Below, piece by piece: positions 37,740 to 48,463 of a stretch of DNA of 64,000 bases (position 1 is the first letter of the stretch; each line of letters begins with the position of its first letter). Under the pieces are notes generated by a model. The model was not told the origin of the DNA. It searched no databases and saw only the letters and a list, made by a program, of their open reading frames with translations. The translations under genes were made by a program, and so were the position numbers. The DNA is taken from the NCBI GenBank assembly GCA_016432285.1, contig CP066682.1:439072-503071 (forward strand), in the 5' to 3' direction. This stretch comes from Candidatus Kaiserbacteria bacterium (lineage in GTDB: Bacteria; Patescibacteriota; Minisyncoccia; Phycocordibacterales; UBA2100).

Positions 37740-38738
37740 ATGTTCGTCATGCGCACGCGACGCTCACAATCTTCCAGCGATCCGGTGTCATCACGGCACC
37801 AGCCTGTTCTTTTACACGAGAGTTTAGAACAACTCGCGCTCCATGACGGCGATATCGTCGTTGATGCGACGCTCGGCGGCAGTGGAGCTGCCCGCGTCAT
37901 TGTTGATTCCATTGGATCCGGAACCCTGATCGGTTTCGATCTCGACGATGCGGCGATCGGGCGTGCACGGGAAGCGCTGCGCGATACAAAGGCGAAGATC
38001 GTGCTCCTTGAGGCCAATTTCAGGAATATCAAAACAGAGTTACAGGCACTCGGGACCACGCGCATAACGAAAGCTCTCTTCGATTTAGGGTGGAGCTCAT
38101 ACCAGCTCGACTCCGGAAGAGGATTTTCGTTCCTGAAGGACGAACCGCTCGCCATGACGTACAGCACGCGGCGGGGCGCGCTCACCGCAAGCACGATCGT
38201 CAACGAGTGGAAGGAGGAATCGCTTGCCGACATTTTCTTCGGCTGGGGTGAGGAGCGCTACGCGCGCCGCATCGCCAAGGCGATCGTGACGGCGCGCCAC
38301 AAGGCACCGATCCGCAGCTCGCTCGAATTGGCCGAGATCGTAAAGTCGGCAGTGCCATCGCACTACCGACACGGCCGTATCCATCCGGCCACGCGGACCT
38401 TCCAGGCGCTCCGCATCGCGGTCAACGACGAACTCGGTGCCCTCGAAGAGGGTCTCCGAGGCGCCTGGCAGCTTCTTGCGGAAGGTGGGCGGATCGCGGT
38501 GATCACTTTCCACAGCCTTGAGGATCGGATCGTGAAGCAGTTGTTCTTGGGACTGGAAAAGAGCGGAGAGGGCACACGCCTTACCCGCAAACCCATTGTT
38601 CCGAGTGAGAGCGAGGTGCGGGCAAACCCGCGCGCCCGAAGTGCAAAACTCCGTGTGATCGAAAAGCGACACAACAATGAAAAAGAAGATTCAAAAGATC
38701 AGCAAATACGCGCCCTCGATCTTTCAGGGGAGGATTGA
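37740..38738 (+). CDS. rsmH: 16S rRNA m4C1402 methyltransferase (start uncertain)
   Basis: HQPVLL, DATLGGSG, DLGWSSYQLD, HPATRTFQALRIAVN, NPRARSAKLR. Confidence 0.95.
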   Translation: MFVMRTRRSQSSSDPVSSRHQPVLLHESLEQLALHDGDIVVDATLGGSGAARVIVDSIGSGTLIGFDLDDAAIGRAREALRDTKAKIVLLEANFRNIKTELQALGTTRITKALFDLGWSSYQLDSGRGFSFLKDEPLAMTYSTRRGALTASTIVNEWKEESLADIFFGWGEERYARRIAKAIVTARHKAPIRSSLELAEIVKSAVPSHYRHGRIHPATRTFQALRIAVNDELGALEEGLRGAWQLLAEGGRIAVITFHSLEDRIVKQLFLGLEKSGEGTRLTRKPIVPSESEVRANPRARSAKLRVIEKRHNNEKEDSKDQQIRALDLSGED

Positions 38739-39081
38739 TTTTAAAGAAGCAGCGCGCGGCGCGGCTCTCGCGGCCGAATACCCTATCGAGCGCGGAGCCT
38801 TTCGGTCGCTTTGGATAGCGCTTCTCCTTTGTGTGGCCCTCTACATGTACTTCGTCGGCGCCACGATTTTGAATGTGATCGCCCGCAAGGAGGCCTTGCA
38901 GCAGACTGCAAATCTCGCGAGCGCTGTCTCGCAGCTCGAGCGCGAGTATTTCTCAGCCGCTGCCGCGATCGGTCCCTCTGAGGGCGGCCGTCTCGGGCTG
39001 GCACCCGTTGCCGACACCGCCTTCGTGCAGCGGCCGGGTAATGCCGCAAGCGCTGCTACAATAGGCGGAAATGAAATCTAG
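38677..39081 (+). CDS. FtsL-like cell division protein
   Basis: Single TM plus coiled coil; lies between rsmH and ftsI. Confidence 0.65.
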   Translation: MKKKIQKISKYAPSIFQGRIDFKEAARGAALAAEYPIERGAFRSLWIALLLCVALYMYFVGATILNVIARKEALQQTANLASAVSQLEREYFSAAAAIGPSEGGRLGLAPVADTAFVQRPGNAASAATIGGNEI

Positions 39082-40780
39082 ACTCATCCTGCGCGCCCGC
39101 ATCCTCTCTGTCATTTTTATACTCGTCGCCGTGCTGCTCATAGCGCGGCTCTATTTCGTGCAGGTGGTCCATGGTGGCGAATACGCAGAACGTGCCACCG
39201 GCCAGTACGTGGAAAGCGCGCCCGATACGGAGGATCGCGGCGACATCGTGTTTACGACAAAGGGAGGAGCGCCGCTGGCGGCAGCGGTGATGCAAACCGG
39301 TGCGCGCGTGGCCATCGAACCGGATGCGATCGGAGAGCCCGAGGCGCTCTACGATGCGTTGAACGAAATCACGCCGGTGGATCGAGCGCGTTTCTTTGCG
39401 AGCGCGGCCAAGAAGGGAGATCCGTACGAGGAAGTGGCCTTTCGCGTGGAGAGCGAGGCAGCAAAAGCCATACGCGCCAAAAAATTGCCGGGCGTCATGG
39501 TGGTGCAGGATCAATGGCGTTTTTATCCGGCCGGCACGCTCGCCGCGCAGACCGTGGGCTTCGTTGGATACAAGGGGGATAAAAAAATCGGCGTGTACGG
39601 CCTCGAGCGATTCTGGCAGTCGACGCTCGCGAGGACAAGTTCGGGTCTCTACGTCAATCCGTTTGCGGAGATCTTCACGAGTATCGAGTCGGCGCTTTCG
39701 GATCCGGCGCAGCAGTCGGGAAACGTGATCACTTCAATCGAGCCCGATGTCCAGCTCGAGCTGGAGAAGACGCTCGCGGATGTCTTGGAGGATTACTCTT
39801 CGAAACTGGCGGGCGGGATCGTGATGGACCCGCAGACGGGCGAGATTGTGGCGATGGCCGTGCGGCCCACCTTTGATCCGAATACGTACAACACGGTAGA
39901 GGACGCGAGTGTTTTCAGCAATCCGCTCGTCGAGAGCGTGTACGAGATGGGCTCGATCATGAAGCCACTCACCATGGCCGCCGGAATCGACAGCGGAGCC
40001 GTCACGCCGCAGACGACGTACGAAGATCGAGGCTGCATCGAACGCAGCGGGAAACGAATCTGCAACTACGACGGCAAGGCCCGCGGCGTGGTGAGCATGC
40101 AGGAAGTACTCAACCAATCGCTCAACACCGGCGTTACTTTTGTGGCGGAGCGCATGGGGCGCAACGTCTTTCGCGAGTACGTCCACTCATTCGGCCTCGG
40201 CGAGAAGACCGGCATCGATCTCCCGAATGAAGCTGCTGGAATCATCGATTCGATCGACGATGGGTACGACGTGGACATCGCGAGCGCGTCCTTCGGGCAG
40301 GGAATCGCCGTAAGCGCCGTCGAGATGACGCGCGCGCTCTCCGCGCTCGGCAACGGCGGCGTGCCGCCGCCGCCGCACGTCGCGACCGCGATCAAACTCG
40401 AAAGCGGCATCGTGCGCGAGCTGCCGGTAGAGCAAGGCGCACGCGTCTTAAAGGAGGAGAGCGCGCGGCAGGTAACAGAAATGCTCGTGAAGGTGTTCGA
40501 CAACGCGCTTCTCGGCGGCGTGCTGAAACAGGAGCGCTATTCGATCGCCGCCAAGACGGGCACCGCGCAAATTGCGATTCCCGGCGGCGGTGGCTACTAC
40601 AAGGATCGCTACCTGCATTCCTTTTTCGGCTACTTTCCGGCGTACGAGCCACGCTTCATCGTCTTTCTCTTCACGCTTGAGCCTCGTGGAGCCGAATTCG
40701 CCTCGGCCACGCTCGCGCGGCCGTTCCTCGATATCGCAAAATACTTGATAAACTACTACGACATTCCGCCGGATCGGTAG
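39071..40780 (+). CDS. ftsI: class B PBP (FtsI/PBP3-like)
   Basis: GSIMK (SxxK), SLN (SxN), KTGTAQ; in the dcw cluster. Confidence 0.88.
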   Translation: MKSRLILRARILSVIFILVAVLLIARLYFVQVVHGGEYAERATGQYVESAPDTEDRGDIVFTTKGGAPLAAAVMQTGARVAIEPDAIGEPEALYDALNEITPVDRARFFASAAKKGDPYEEVAFRVESEAAKAIRAKKLPGVMVVQDQWRFYPAGTLAAQTVGFVGYKGDKKIGVYGLERFWQSTLARTSSGLYVNPFAEIFTSIESALSDPAQQSGNVITSIEPDVQLELEKTLADVLEDYSSKLAGGIVMDPQTGEIVAMAVRPTFDPNTYNTVEDASVFSNPLVESVYEMGSIMKPLTMAAGIDSGAVTPQTTYEDRGCIERSGKRICNYDGKARGVVSMQEVLNQSLNTGVTFVAERMGRNVFREYVHSFGLGEKTGIDLPNEAAGIIDSIDDGYDVDIASASFGQGIAVSAVEMTRALSALGNGGVPPPPHVATAIKLESGIVRELPVEQGARVLKEESARQVTEMLVKVFDNALLGGVLKQERYSIAAKTGTAQIAIPGGGGYYKDRYLHSFFGYFPAYEPRFIVFLFTLEPRGAEFASATLARPFLDIAKYLINYYDIPPDR

Positions 40781-40782
40781 CT

Positions 40783-42093
40783 ATGGATTATTTTCGATCA
40801 ATGCTCGTGCAGCTGCTCACGTGGGAAGCGCGAATCGTGCTCTCGCGGCGCAAGCCGAAAATTATCGCGATTACGGGAAGCGTCGGGAAGACAAGCGGCA
40901 AAGACGCGATCTACGCGGCGCTCTCCGACGCATATTCAGTGCGTCGGAGCGAAAAGAGCTACAACAGCGAGTTTGGTGTGCCGCTCACGGTGCTCGGGCT
41001 CGAAAATGCATGGCGCGATCCGTGGCGGTGGATCCTCAACGTAGTTCGCGGACTCGTGCTGATCTTCTCTCGATCTCCTTATCCCGAGTGGCTCATTCTC
41101 GAAGTGGGCGCTGATCGGCCGGGCGACATCTCGCGAATTGCGCGCTGGCTGCGGCCCGACATCGCCGTTATCACCGGTGTGCCGGAGATTCCCGCTCATG
41201 TAGAGTATTTCGATTCTCCGGATCAACTCGCGCGCGAAAAGCGGGAGCTCGCGCGCTACGTAAAGCACGGCGGCAAACTGGTCTTGAACGGCGACGACTC
41301 CCGCATGGTACAGCTCTGCGCCGACTTTCGCGGCATGACGCTGAAGTACGGACTCGAAGCGAGCAATGACTTCCGTGCCGACGATATCGAGATCGCATAC
41401 GAAGAGAAGAAGCCGACCGGCATGCGATTCAGGCTTGAGCGCCGCGCCGATCTCCCCACGCTGGCAGCCGCCGTGCTCCCAATCGCCATCCGGGGAGCGC
41501 TCGGGAGACCCCGTGTGTACGCGGCACTCGCAGCGCTCGCGGTGGGAGAGGCGGCGGGCGTTGATCAGATCTCGGTGGGGCGCGCGTTGGAGAGTTGGGA
41601 GCCGCCGCCGGGAAGAATGCGAATACTGCCGGGCGTGAATGGTTCGGTGATCATCGACGACACCTACAATTCTTCGCCGGTGGCCGCGCTTGCGGCTCTC
41701 GACACACTGAAAGCACTGAAGTGCAAACGCCGCATCGCGCTCCTTGGAGACATGTTGGAGCTCGGTCGCTATGCCTCGGAGGCGCATCGCAATGTCGGCC
41801 GCAGGGCCGCGAAGGTCGTCGACCTTTTGTGGACCGTCGGCTTTCGCTCGCGGGCCAGTGGCGAAGCAGCACTCGACGAAAAGATGTCGGAGAGCGACAT
41901 TCGTGAATATGAACAGACGGAATCGAGACGGGCAGGGGAGGAGTTGCGAGCACTCCTCAAGCCGGGCGACGTGGTGCTCGTGAAAGGCTCGCAGTCGATG
42001 CGCATGGAAAAGGCTGTGCAGGAGCTGCTTGCTGAGCCGAGCCGCGCAGGGGAACTCCTCGTCCGCCAGGATTCGGAATGGAAAAAGAGGTAG
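40783..42093 (+). CDS. murF: UDP-MurNAc-tripeptide--D-Ala-D-Ala ligase
   Basis: ITGSVGKT, IDDTYNSSP, LGDMLELG, LVKGS. Confidence 0.93.
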   Translation: MDYFRSMLVQLLTWEARIVLSRRKPKIIAITGSVGKTSGKDAIYAALSDAYSVRRSEKSYNSEFGVPLTVLGLENAWRDPWRWILNVVRGLVLIFSRSPYPEWLILEVGADRPGDISRIARWLRPDIAVITGVPEIPAHVEYFDSPDQLAREKRELARYVKHGGKLVLNGDDSRMVQLCADFRGMTLKYGLEASNDFRADDIEIAYEEKKPTGMRFRLERRADLPTLAAAVLPIAIRGALGRPRVYAALAALAVGEAAGVDQISVGRALESWEPPPGRMRILPGVNGSVIIDDTYNSSPVAALAALDTLKALKCKRRIALLGDMLELGRYASEAHRNVGRRAAKVVDLLWTVGFRSRASGEAALDEKMSESDIREYEQTESRRAGEELRALLKPGDVVLVKGSQSMRMEKAVQELLAEPSRAGELLVRQDSEWKKR

Positions 42094-42117
42094 GTTTTTG
42101 TTATCATCTGCACGTTT

Positions 42118-42267
42118 GGTCCTGTCCTCTATCGGCTCGAACGTGACCTTCTCAAGGCTAAAGCCGGGGTGAGAAGCGAGCTCGCGAGCTTCGCAAGGCC
42201 GCAGGCGCGACGGCGCCGAGGCGGGGTCGCGGAATTCGCGAGCACGCGAATATCCGTGACCGATTCC
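42118..42267 (+). pseudogene. degenerate tRNA-Glu(CTC) copy interrupted in the T-loop by element copy D (42171-42261)
   Basis: 42118-42170 aligns to tRNA-Glu 42306-42358 (shared ctatcggct and acgtgaccttctcaagg); insert ends ccgtgacc and is followed by gattcc. Confidence 0.7.
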
Positions 42268-42305
42268 TTGGAATCGAACCCAACATATTTTATACTCGCA
42301 GCGAT

Positions 42306-42377
42306 GGCCCTATCGTCTATCGGCTAGGACGTGACCTTCTCAAGGTCAAGAGCGGGGTTCGATTCCCCGTAGGGTCA
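42306..42377 (+). tRNA. tRNA-Glu(CTC)
   Basis: GGCCCTA/TAGGGTC acceptor; loop TT-CTC-AA. Confidence 0.93.
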
Positions 42378-42434
42378 TGAATACCAAAAGTTCGCAGCGC
42401 CGCTGCGGCTTTTTTGGTATTCGCGGGTTCCATG

Positions 42435-42541
42435 CGGGGAATCGAAAGACGGAGGCGGGGTCCCCGCTCGCGGGGAGCCGAGTCGGGGTCGCGGAAATTT
42501 TGCGTAGTAAAATTATCCGTGACCGATTCCCCGTAGGGTCA
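42435..42541 (+). mobile_element. tRNA-3'-associated structured element, copy E
   Basis: Inverted T-arm cggggaatcgaa, core agacggaggc...gagtcggggtcgcgg...ccgtgacc, 17-bp exact copy of the tRNA 3' end. Confidence 0.75.
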
Positions 42542-42581
42542 CAAAGAGATGAAAAAGCAAACTGCTTTGCTTTTCCATACA

Positions 42582-42680
42582 CTTTGTGAGGCCGGAGCGA
42601 TGTCGCATCAGCAGATGTGAACGTGAGGCGGGGTCGGCGACCGAGGCGAGCGACGGCGAGCCGAGAGTTGTGGACCACGT
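42582..42680 (+). mobile_element. tRNA-3'-associated structured element, copy F (degenerate)
   Basis: ctttgtg (inverse of cacaaag at 42540), then aggccggagcgatgt...gaggcggggtcg...gagcgacggcgag...gaccac. Confidence 0.55.
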
Positions 42681-42791
42681 GGACATTCAGGCGAGCACTG
42701 CGGACGCTCGCTTGCGGGGAGCCGAGGCGGGCGTATCATTCCACCGCCGCGGGCATTCGCTCGTGAGCATGCATCAACACGGAGTTGTGAG

Positions 42792-42986
42792 ATGAAAAAG
42801 ACGCTCTGGAATGCAGTCGGCTTCGCAATCGGCCTCAAGGGCGATCCGGTTCTCGCGCGGCGCTTCCGCAACCAAACCAACGCGACCGCCATCGAATACG
42901 GCCTCATCGCGGCGGGTATTTCGGTCGCCATCATTGCTGTCGTGCAGGGGCTCGGCGGCAAAGTGGCCAGCTTGTTCGGCAACTAA
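42792..42986 (+). CDS. Flp/Fap family (Tad) pilin
   Basis: ATAIEYGLIAAGISVAIIAVV Flp motif; GGAG SD upstream. Confidence 0.8.
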   Translation: MKKTLWNAVGFAIGLKGDPVLARRFRNQTNATAIEYGLIAAGISVAIIAVVQGLGGKVASLFGN

Positions 42987-43106
42987 ATCGCCGCGGCGCC
43001 CCCACATGTTATCGCCGCCACTCAACAGGAAAGTCGTTGGGGGGCGGCTTTTCTTTTCGGCACTCGACCGATGACGGGTTCACGACGAACGGTATAGAAT
43101 GAGCAG

Positions 43107-43517
43107 ATGGACCGCGATGAGCGAGGCGGGATTTCTGCGGAACACGCGGCATTCATGACACATATGCGCTGGTACATGCGCTACATCGCGGTCGCTCTCT
43201 CGATCTCGATGCTCGCCGCCCTTTTGGCCGCAGTTCTCACGTGGCGCATCTATCAGGATCGCCTGGAGCCCGCAGTGCAGGATATGCAGACAGCCTTGCA
43301 GGACGTAAAGGCGCTCACGGCGCAAACATCCGCGCTTCTTGAGGAAGCAAAACAGACGATGGTCGAGGTTCGCAAAGCCGCAAGCGCGGCCGCTCCGGTA
43401 CTTCAGGAGGCGCAGGAGACGATGCAGGCAGTTGAGCAAACGACGGGCCGGGTGGAGCGTGCGGCCGCGCCGTTCGAACTGCTCCAACTCATCCCCGTGG
43501 TCAATTGGTTCTTCTGA
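43107..43517 (+). CDS. single-TM coiled-coil hypothetical protein
   Basis: TM plus heptad-rich helix; TAGAAT just upstream. Confidence 0.7.
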   Translation: MDRDERGGISAEHAAFMTHMRWYMRYIAVALSISMLAALLAAVLTWRIYQDRLEPAVQDMQTALQDVKALTAQTSALLEEAKQTMVEVRKAASAAAPVLQEAQETMQAVEQTTGRVERAAAPFELLQLIPVVNWFF

Positions 43518-43736
43518 AGCCGCCCGCTCGAGCCCGTGGCGCACTCGGTCGGAATCCGTTCACGGATTGACTGGGTGGCTAAAAGATTGCACAATCGGCG
43601 CCAGAGCATAGCCCGTCCGCCACAGCAGAAAGCGACTCCACAGGGGGCAATTTTCTGCTGTGGCGAAGCGCATTCGGCGCAAGCTTCCAGCTTGACCCGC
43701 TACCCGCAAGGAGTAGCCGCTCGGTAGGAGAAACCT

Positions 43737-44471
43737 ATGAGCAAACCAACGCTGACGCAGGCACTCAGCCTGCTTCACCGCGTCGACGACAAGAAGTTGT
43801 CGTTGAAGCGTCTCGAAGAGCATTTCGATGCAGGTCTGATTTCCGACCTGCTCGACGTCGATCCCCGCACGGTGGTTCGCGAAGAGTTCCGGCGAGTGAT
43901 TGGGCACCCGGCCGCGCTCCCAGCATCGTCTGGAGGGCCGTTGCCCGAACCGACTATCGTCGAGCTCGGTGAGTTCGAAGTAAATTACGACGAGACCATC
44001 GCCTCCAAGCTCGCGGGCAACGCCGATCCGGGGCGAATCAATCCGCACAACGAGATGTGGGCGCCCGTCGAGAAGTTTGCCGACCCACGGGAAGGCAAGA
44101 AGCGTTTCAAGGCCTCCGCCATCAACTTCGGCGAACCTATGCTCGATCAAGACGTCGAGCGGTGGTGTGAGATCAATAAAAAAGTCCAGGCCGCGCCGAA
44201 GGAGGGCATCGACATTGCACTTGCGTCGCCGCGCCCGAAGCTCGACAACGTGATGCCGCTCGTTCTCAGTGGTAAGCCCTCTGTGAGCGGGAGCGGATGT
44301 CGCTCCGTGCTGTTCTTCTGTCTTGAGGGCGAGGCGCGCGATCTTGGCGTCATCTTGCTGGCCCCAACCCAGCCGTGGATCGGGCACCAATGGCTGCTCG
44401 TCCTCGAGGAGATACCCGAGGGTCCCGTCCATGAAGAAGTGCCCGAAGGTCTCGTCTTCCGCGCGTTCTGA
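43737..44471 (+). CDS. hypothetical protein
   Basis: 244 aa; AGGAG SD; coding-like codon bias. Confidence 0.7.
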   Translation: MSKPTLTQALSLLHRVDDKKLSLKRLEEHFDAGLISDLLDVDPRTVVREEFRRVIGHPAALPASSGGPLPEPTIVELGEFEVNYDETIASKLAGNADPGRINPHNEMWAPVEKFADPREGKKRFKASAINFGEPMLDQDVERWCEINKKVQAAPKEGIDIALASPRPKLDNVMPLVLSGKPSVSGSGCRSVLFFCLEGEARDLGVILLAPTQPWIGHQWLLVLEEIPEGPVHEEVPEGLVFRAF

Positions 44472-44552
44472 TCTCAATCATTGCCCCCGGCGCTTTGCGC
44501 GCCGGGGTCTTTCTTTTGCACCGCATTCGTCGCGTCGGGCTATAATCCGGAG

Positions 44553-45491
44553 ATGGCACGCGTACTCGTCTCGGGCTCTCTTGCGTACGACCGGATCATG
44601 GATTTCCCCGGTCTTTTCAAAGATCACTTTCTTGCAGACAAGCTGCACGCGATCAGCGTGAGCTTCCAGGTGGAGACAGTGGGCGACAACTTCGGCGGCT
44701 GCGCGGGCAACATCGCGTACAATCTCTCCCTCTTGGGGCACGAGCCGCATATCATCGCCACAGCCGGCTCCGACATCGAGCGATACAAAGCGCACCTCAA
44801 GGCGCATGGCATCGATACGAATACGATCCGCATCAATCCGCAAGGCTTCACCTCGTCGGCGTACGTGATGACCGATAAAGCCGACAACCAAATTGCCGCC
44901 TTCTCGCTCGGGGCGGGCGGCACGCCCTACCAGCCGTTGCCGAGCACGGAGGGTGCGGCGCTCGCGATCATCGGCCCCGGGTGTGTGCGAGACATGCAGG
45001 TGCTGCCACAGCACTACCGCGCAGCGGGCGTGCCGTACATGTATGATCCGGGCCAGGCGATTCCGGCGCTTTCGGCAGACGATTTGAAAGACGGCATCGC
45101 GGGCGCGGCGGCCGTCTTCGCCAACGACTACGAATTCGATCTCATTTCAAAAAAGACGGGCTGGGCGGAAAAGGATGTCGTACAGAAAGCCGAGACGCTC
45201 GTCGTAACGTACGGTGACAAGGGATCCCGGATCATCACGAAAGCGGGGGAGAGCAGCGTGGGGAGCGTGCCGGTGGAGGATCCAATCGATCCCACGGGCG
45301 CGGGCGACGCGTATCGCGCAGGCTACATCGCCGGCTACCTGAAAGGATTCGACCGGGAAAAGTGCGCGAAGATCGCGAGCGCGCTCGCTTCGTTTACCGT
45401 GGAAAAATACGGCACGCAAACGCACGCGCTCCAGCCGGGGGAGCTTGCCACGCGGTACAAAGAGCGGTACGACCAAGATCTTCCGCTTTAG
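44553..45491 (+). CDS. PfkB-family kinase, probably adenosine kinase
   Basis: GSLAYD.IMDFPG, GGCAGNIAY, DPTGAGDAYRAG; adjacent to ahcY. Confidence 0.85.
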   Translation: MARVLVSGSLAYDRIMDFPGLFKDHFLADKLHAISVSFQVETVGDNFGGCAGNIAYNLSLLGHEPHIIATAGSDIERYKAHLKAHGIDTNTIRINPQGFTSSAYVMTDKADNQIAAFSLGAGGTPYQPLPSTEGAALAIIGPGCVRDMQVLPQHYRAAGVPYMYDPGQAIPALSADDLKDGIAGAAAVFANDYEFDLISKKTGWAEKDVVQKAETLVVTYGDKGSRIITKAGESSVGSVPVEDPIDPTGAGDAYRAGYIAGYLKGFDREKCAKIASALASFTVEKYGTQTHALQPGELATRYKERYDQDLPL

Positions 45492-46772
<1,281 letters not shown>

Positions 46773-46781
46773 CGCTCGAAT

Positions 46782-46858
46782 TACCCAGAGGACAGGTCTC
46801 TGGGTATGGAAGGGGGCCAAAAACCCAGAGACCTGTCCTCTGGGTATGGCGGGGGCCA
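46782..46858. repeat. inverted pair of REP-like hairpins
   Basis: acccagaggacaggtctctgggt (46783) and its reverse complement (46823), each followed by atgg..ggggcca. Confidence 0.75.
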
Positions 46859-46916
46859 TTGACAGGGGGCGGAGTTTGTGCTAGCATTGCAAATGTGGGA
46901 GTGATCCCGCATTCCA

Positions 46917-47483
46917 ATGGCTTCTTTGCTCACAACGGCCTTTATGGGCCTTTTTGCTTTCTCGGGGGTGACACTGACACAAGCAACTTCGACTCCGGCC
47001 ATGGCGCCGGAGCCTCTGGCGCGACACACGGTGGCACTGACCGCATACAACGCGCTTCCGGAGCAGACGGATGAGGACCCCTTCACAACCGCGAGCGGCG
47101 CCTACTCAAACCCGGAGGTAATCGCTGCGCGCTCGGTGGATCTCGCGAGTGAGCTTCCGTTCGGTACCGTCATTGAGATCAGCACGGAGGGGAGCGAGAA
47201 CGGCAGCGCATGCGGCCTCTCGCTCATCGAAGATCAGGTCGGCTATCGCGTCGTCGCCGACTCCATGAATCCGCGGATCAAAGGTACTGTCGATCTTCTT
47301 TTGGATCATGACAACAGCGTACAGGTAGGAAAGAAGAAGGTGAACCCGGCGCGGGCCCTTGGCCGCTGCAAAAACATCGAGATCAAAGTGCTCGGCCGCA
47401 TCGACGTAAAAGAGATCCCGGCGACACAGGCGGAGCTGAAGCGAGTCGTCTCTGAAGGTACACTCGCTTTGAAGAAGTGGTAA
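46917..47483 (+). CDS. secreted 3D-domain (MltA/RlpA-like) protein
   Basis: TAYN...QTD..PF.TASG, IAA, LPFGT, VADSM, VDL. Confidence 0.85.
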   Translation: MASLLTTAFMGLFAFSGVTLTQATSTPAMAPEPLARHTVALTAYNALPEQTDEDPFTTASGAYSNPEVIAARSVDLASELPFGTVIEISTEGSENGSACGLSLIEDQVGYRVVADSMNPRIKGTVDLLLDHDNSVQVGKKKVNPARALGRCKNIEIKVLGRIDVKEIPATQAELKRVVSEGTLALKKW

Positions 47484-47502
47484 CGGCACGTACAGTGGGG
47501 GA

Positions 47503-48378
47503 ATGACACCCGCCCACGTAGTTGAGTTTCCAACCCCCAAGGGATTTCTCTTGCGGGGTCTTTGGTATGGACCGAAGCGCGCGCGAAACGCAATCGTATT
47601 CGTGCACGGCCTTGGAGGCAGCGCGTTTTCGATTCGCCACGTGATCGAGAAGCTCGTCGATCGACGAACGGCCATCCTCGCGTTCAATAATAGAGGCCAC
47701 GATATGATCGCGCGAGTCTCCCGCATACGCGGAAAAAGCATCAAGGCGGGACTGGTCCATGAAGTGTTTGCCGATTGCGTCGACGATATTCAGGGCGCGA
47801 TCGATTTCGCACGCGGGAATCGCGCGAAGAATATTTTTCTCGCCGGACACTCGACCGGATGTCAAAAGTCGATCTACTGGGCCAGTAAGAAAAAGAGTCG
47901 CGGGGTGCGCGCGATTCTCTTGCTCGCTCCCGTCAGCGATTATGCCGACATGGTGCGGCGAGTGAAGAGGCCGCAGCTTCATGAAATGACTCGTACCGCA
48001 CGCTCACTTGTGCGAAGAGGAAAAAAGCGCGAGCTGCTTACGGAAGGAATCGTCAAACTGCCGTGGGGATCTTTCATGACGGACGCGCAGCGCTTTTTGA
48101 GTTTGTATACGCCGGACAGCAAAGAAACGATCTTTCCGTACGAACAACCTCGCAAGATCCCTCGCACGCTACGATCGGTGAAGATACCGATTCTCGCCGT
48201 GTGGGCTGAAAAGGATGAATATGCCGACCGCCCAGCTCGCAAGATCAAAGATTGGTTCCAAAAGAATATGCGGAAGGGCGCAACCGTCGTGATACCAGGC
48301 GTAAAGCACAACTTTAAGGGAGGGGAGCGGGCCGTATCGAAGGCCATCAGAAAACAGATGAAAGAAACGGCTCGGTAG
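47503..48378 (+). CDS. alpha/beta hydrolase
   Basis: VFVHGLGG, NNRGHD, GHSTG nucleophile elbow, KHNF. Confidence 0.85.
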   Translation: MTPAHVVEFPTPKGFLLRGLWYGPKRARNAIVFVHGLGGSAFSIRHVIEKLVDRRTAILAFNNRGHDMIARVSRIRGKSIKAGLVHEVFADCVDDIQGAIDFARGNRAKNIFLAGHSTGCQKSIYWASKKKSRGVRAILLLAPVSDYADMVRRVKRPQLHEMTRTARSLVRRGKKRELLTEGIVKLPWGSFMTDAQRFLSLYTPDSKETIFPYEQPRKIPRTLRSVKIPILAVWAEKDEYADRPARKIKDWFQKNMRKGATVVIPGVKHNFKGGERAVSKAIRKQMKETAR

Positions 48379-48463
48379 GGCGTCTTAATGATGCCTGCCG
48401 AGCGCTGCTTGCGGCTTTTGGGCGCGGGTGTAGCGTGAAGGCATTATCTAACTGACATTTTCT

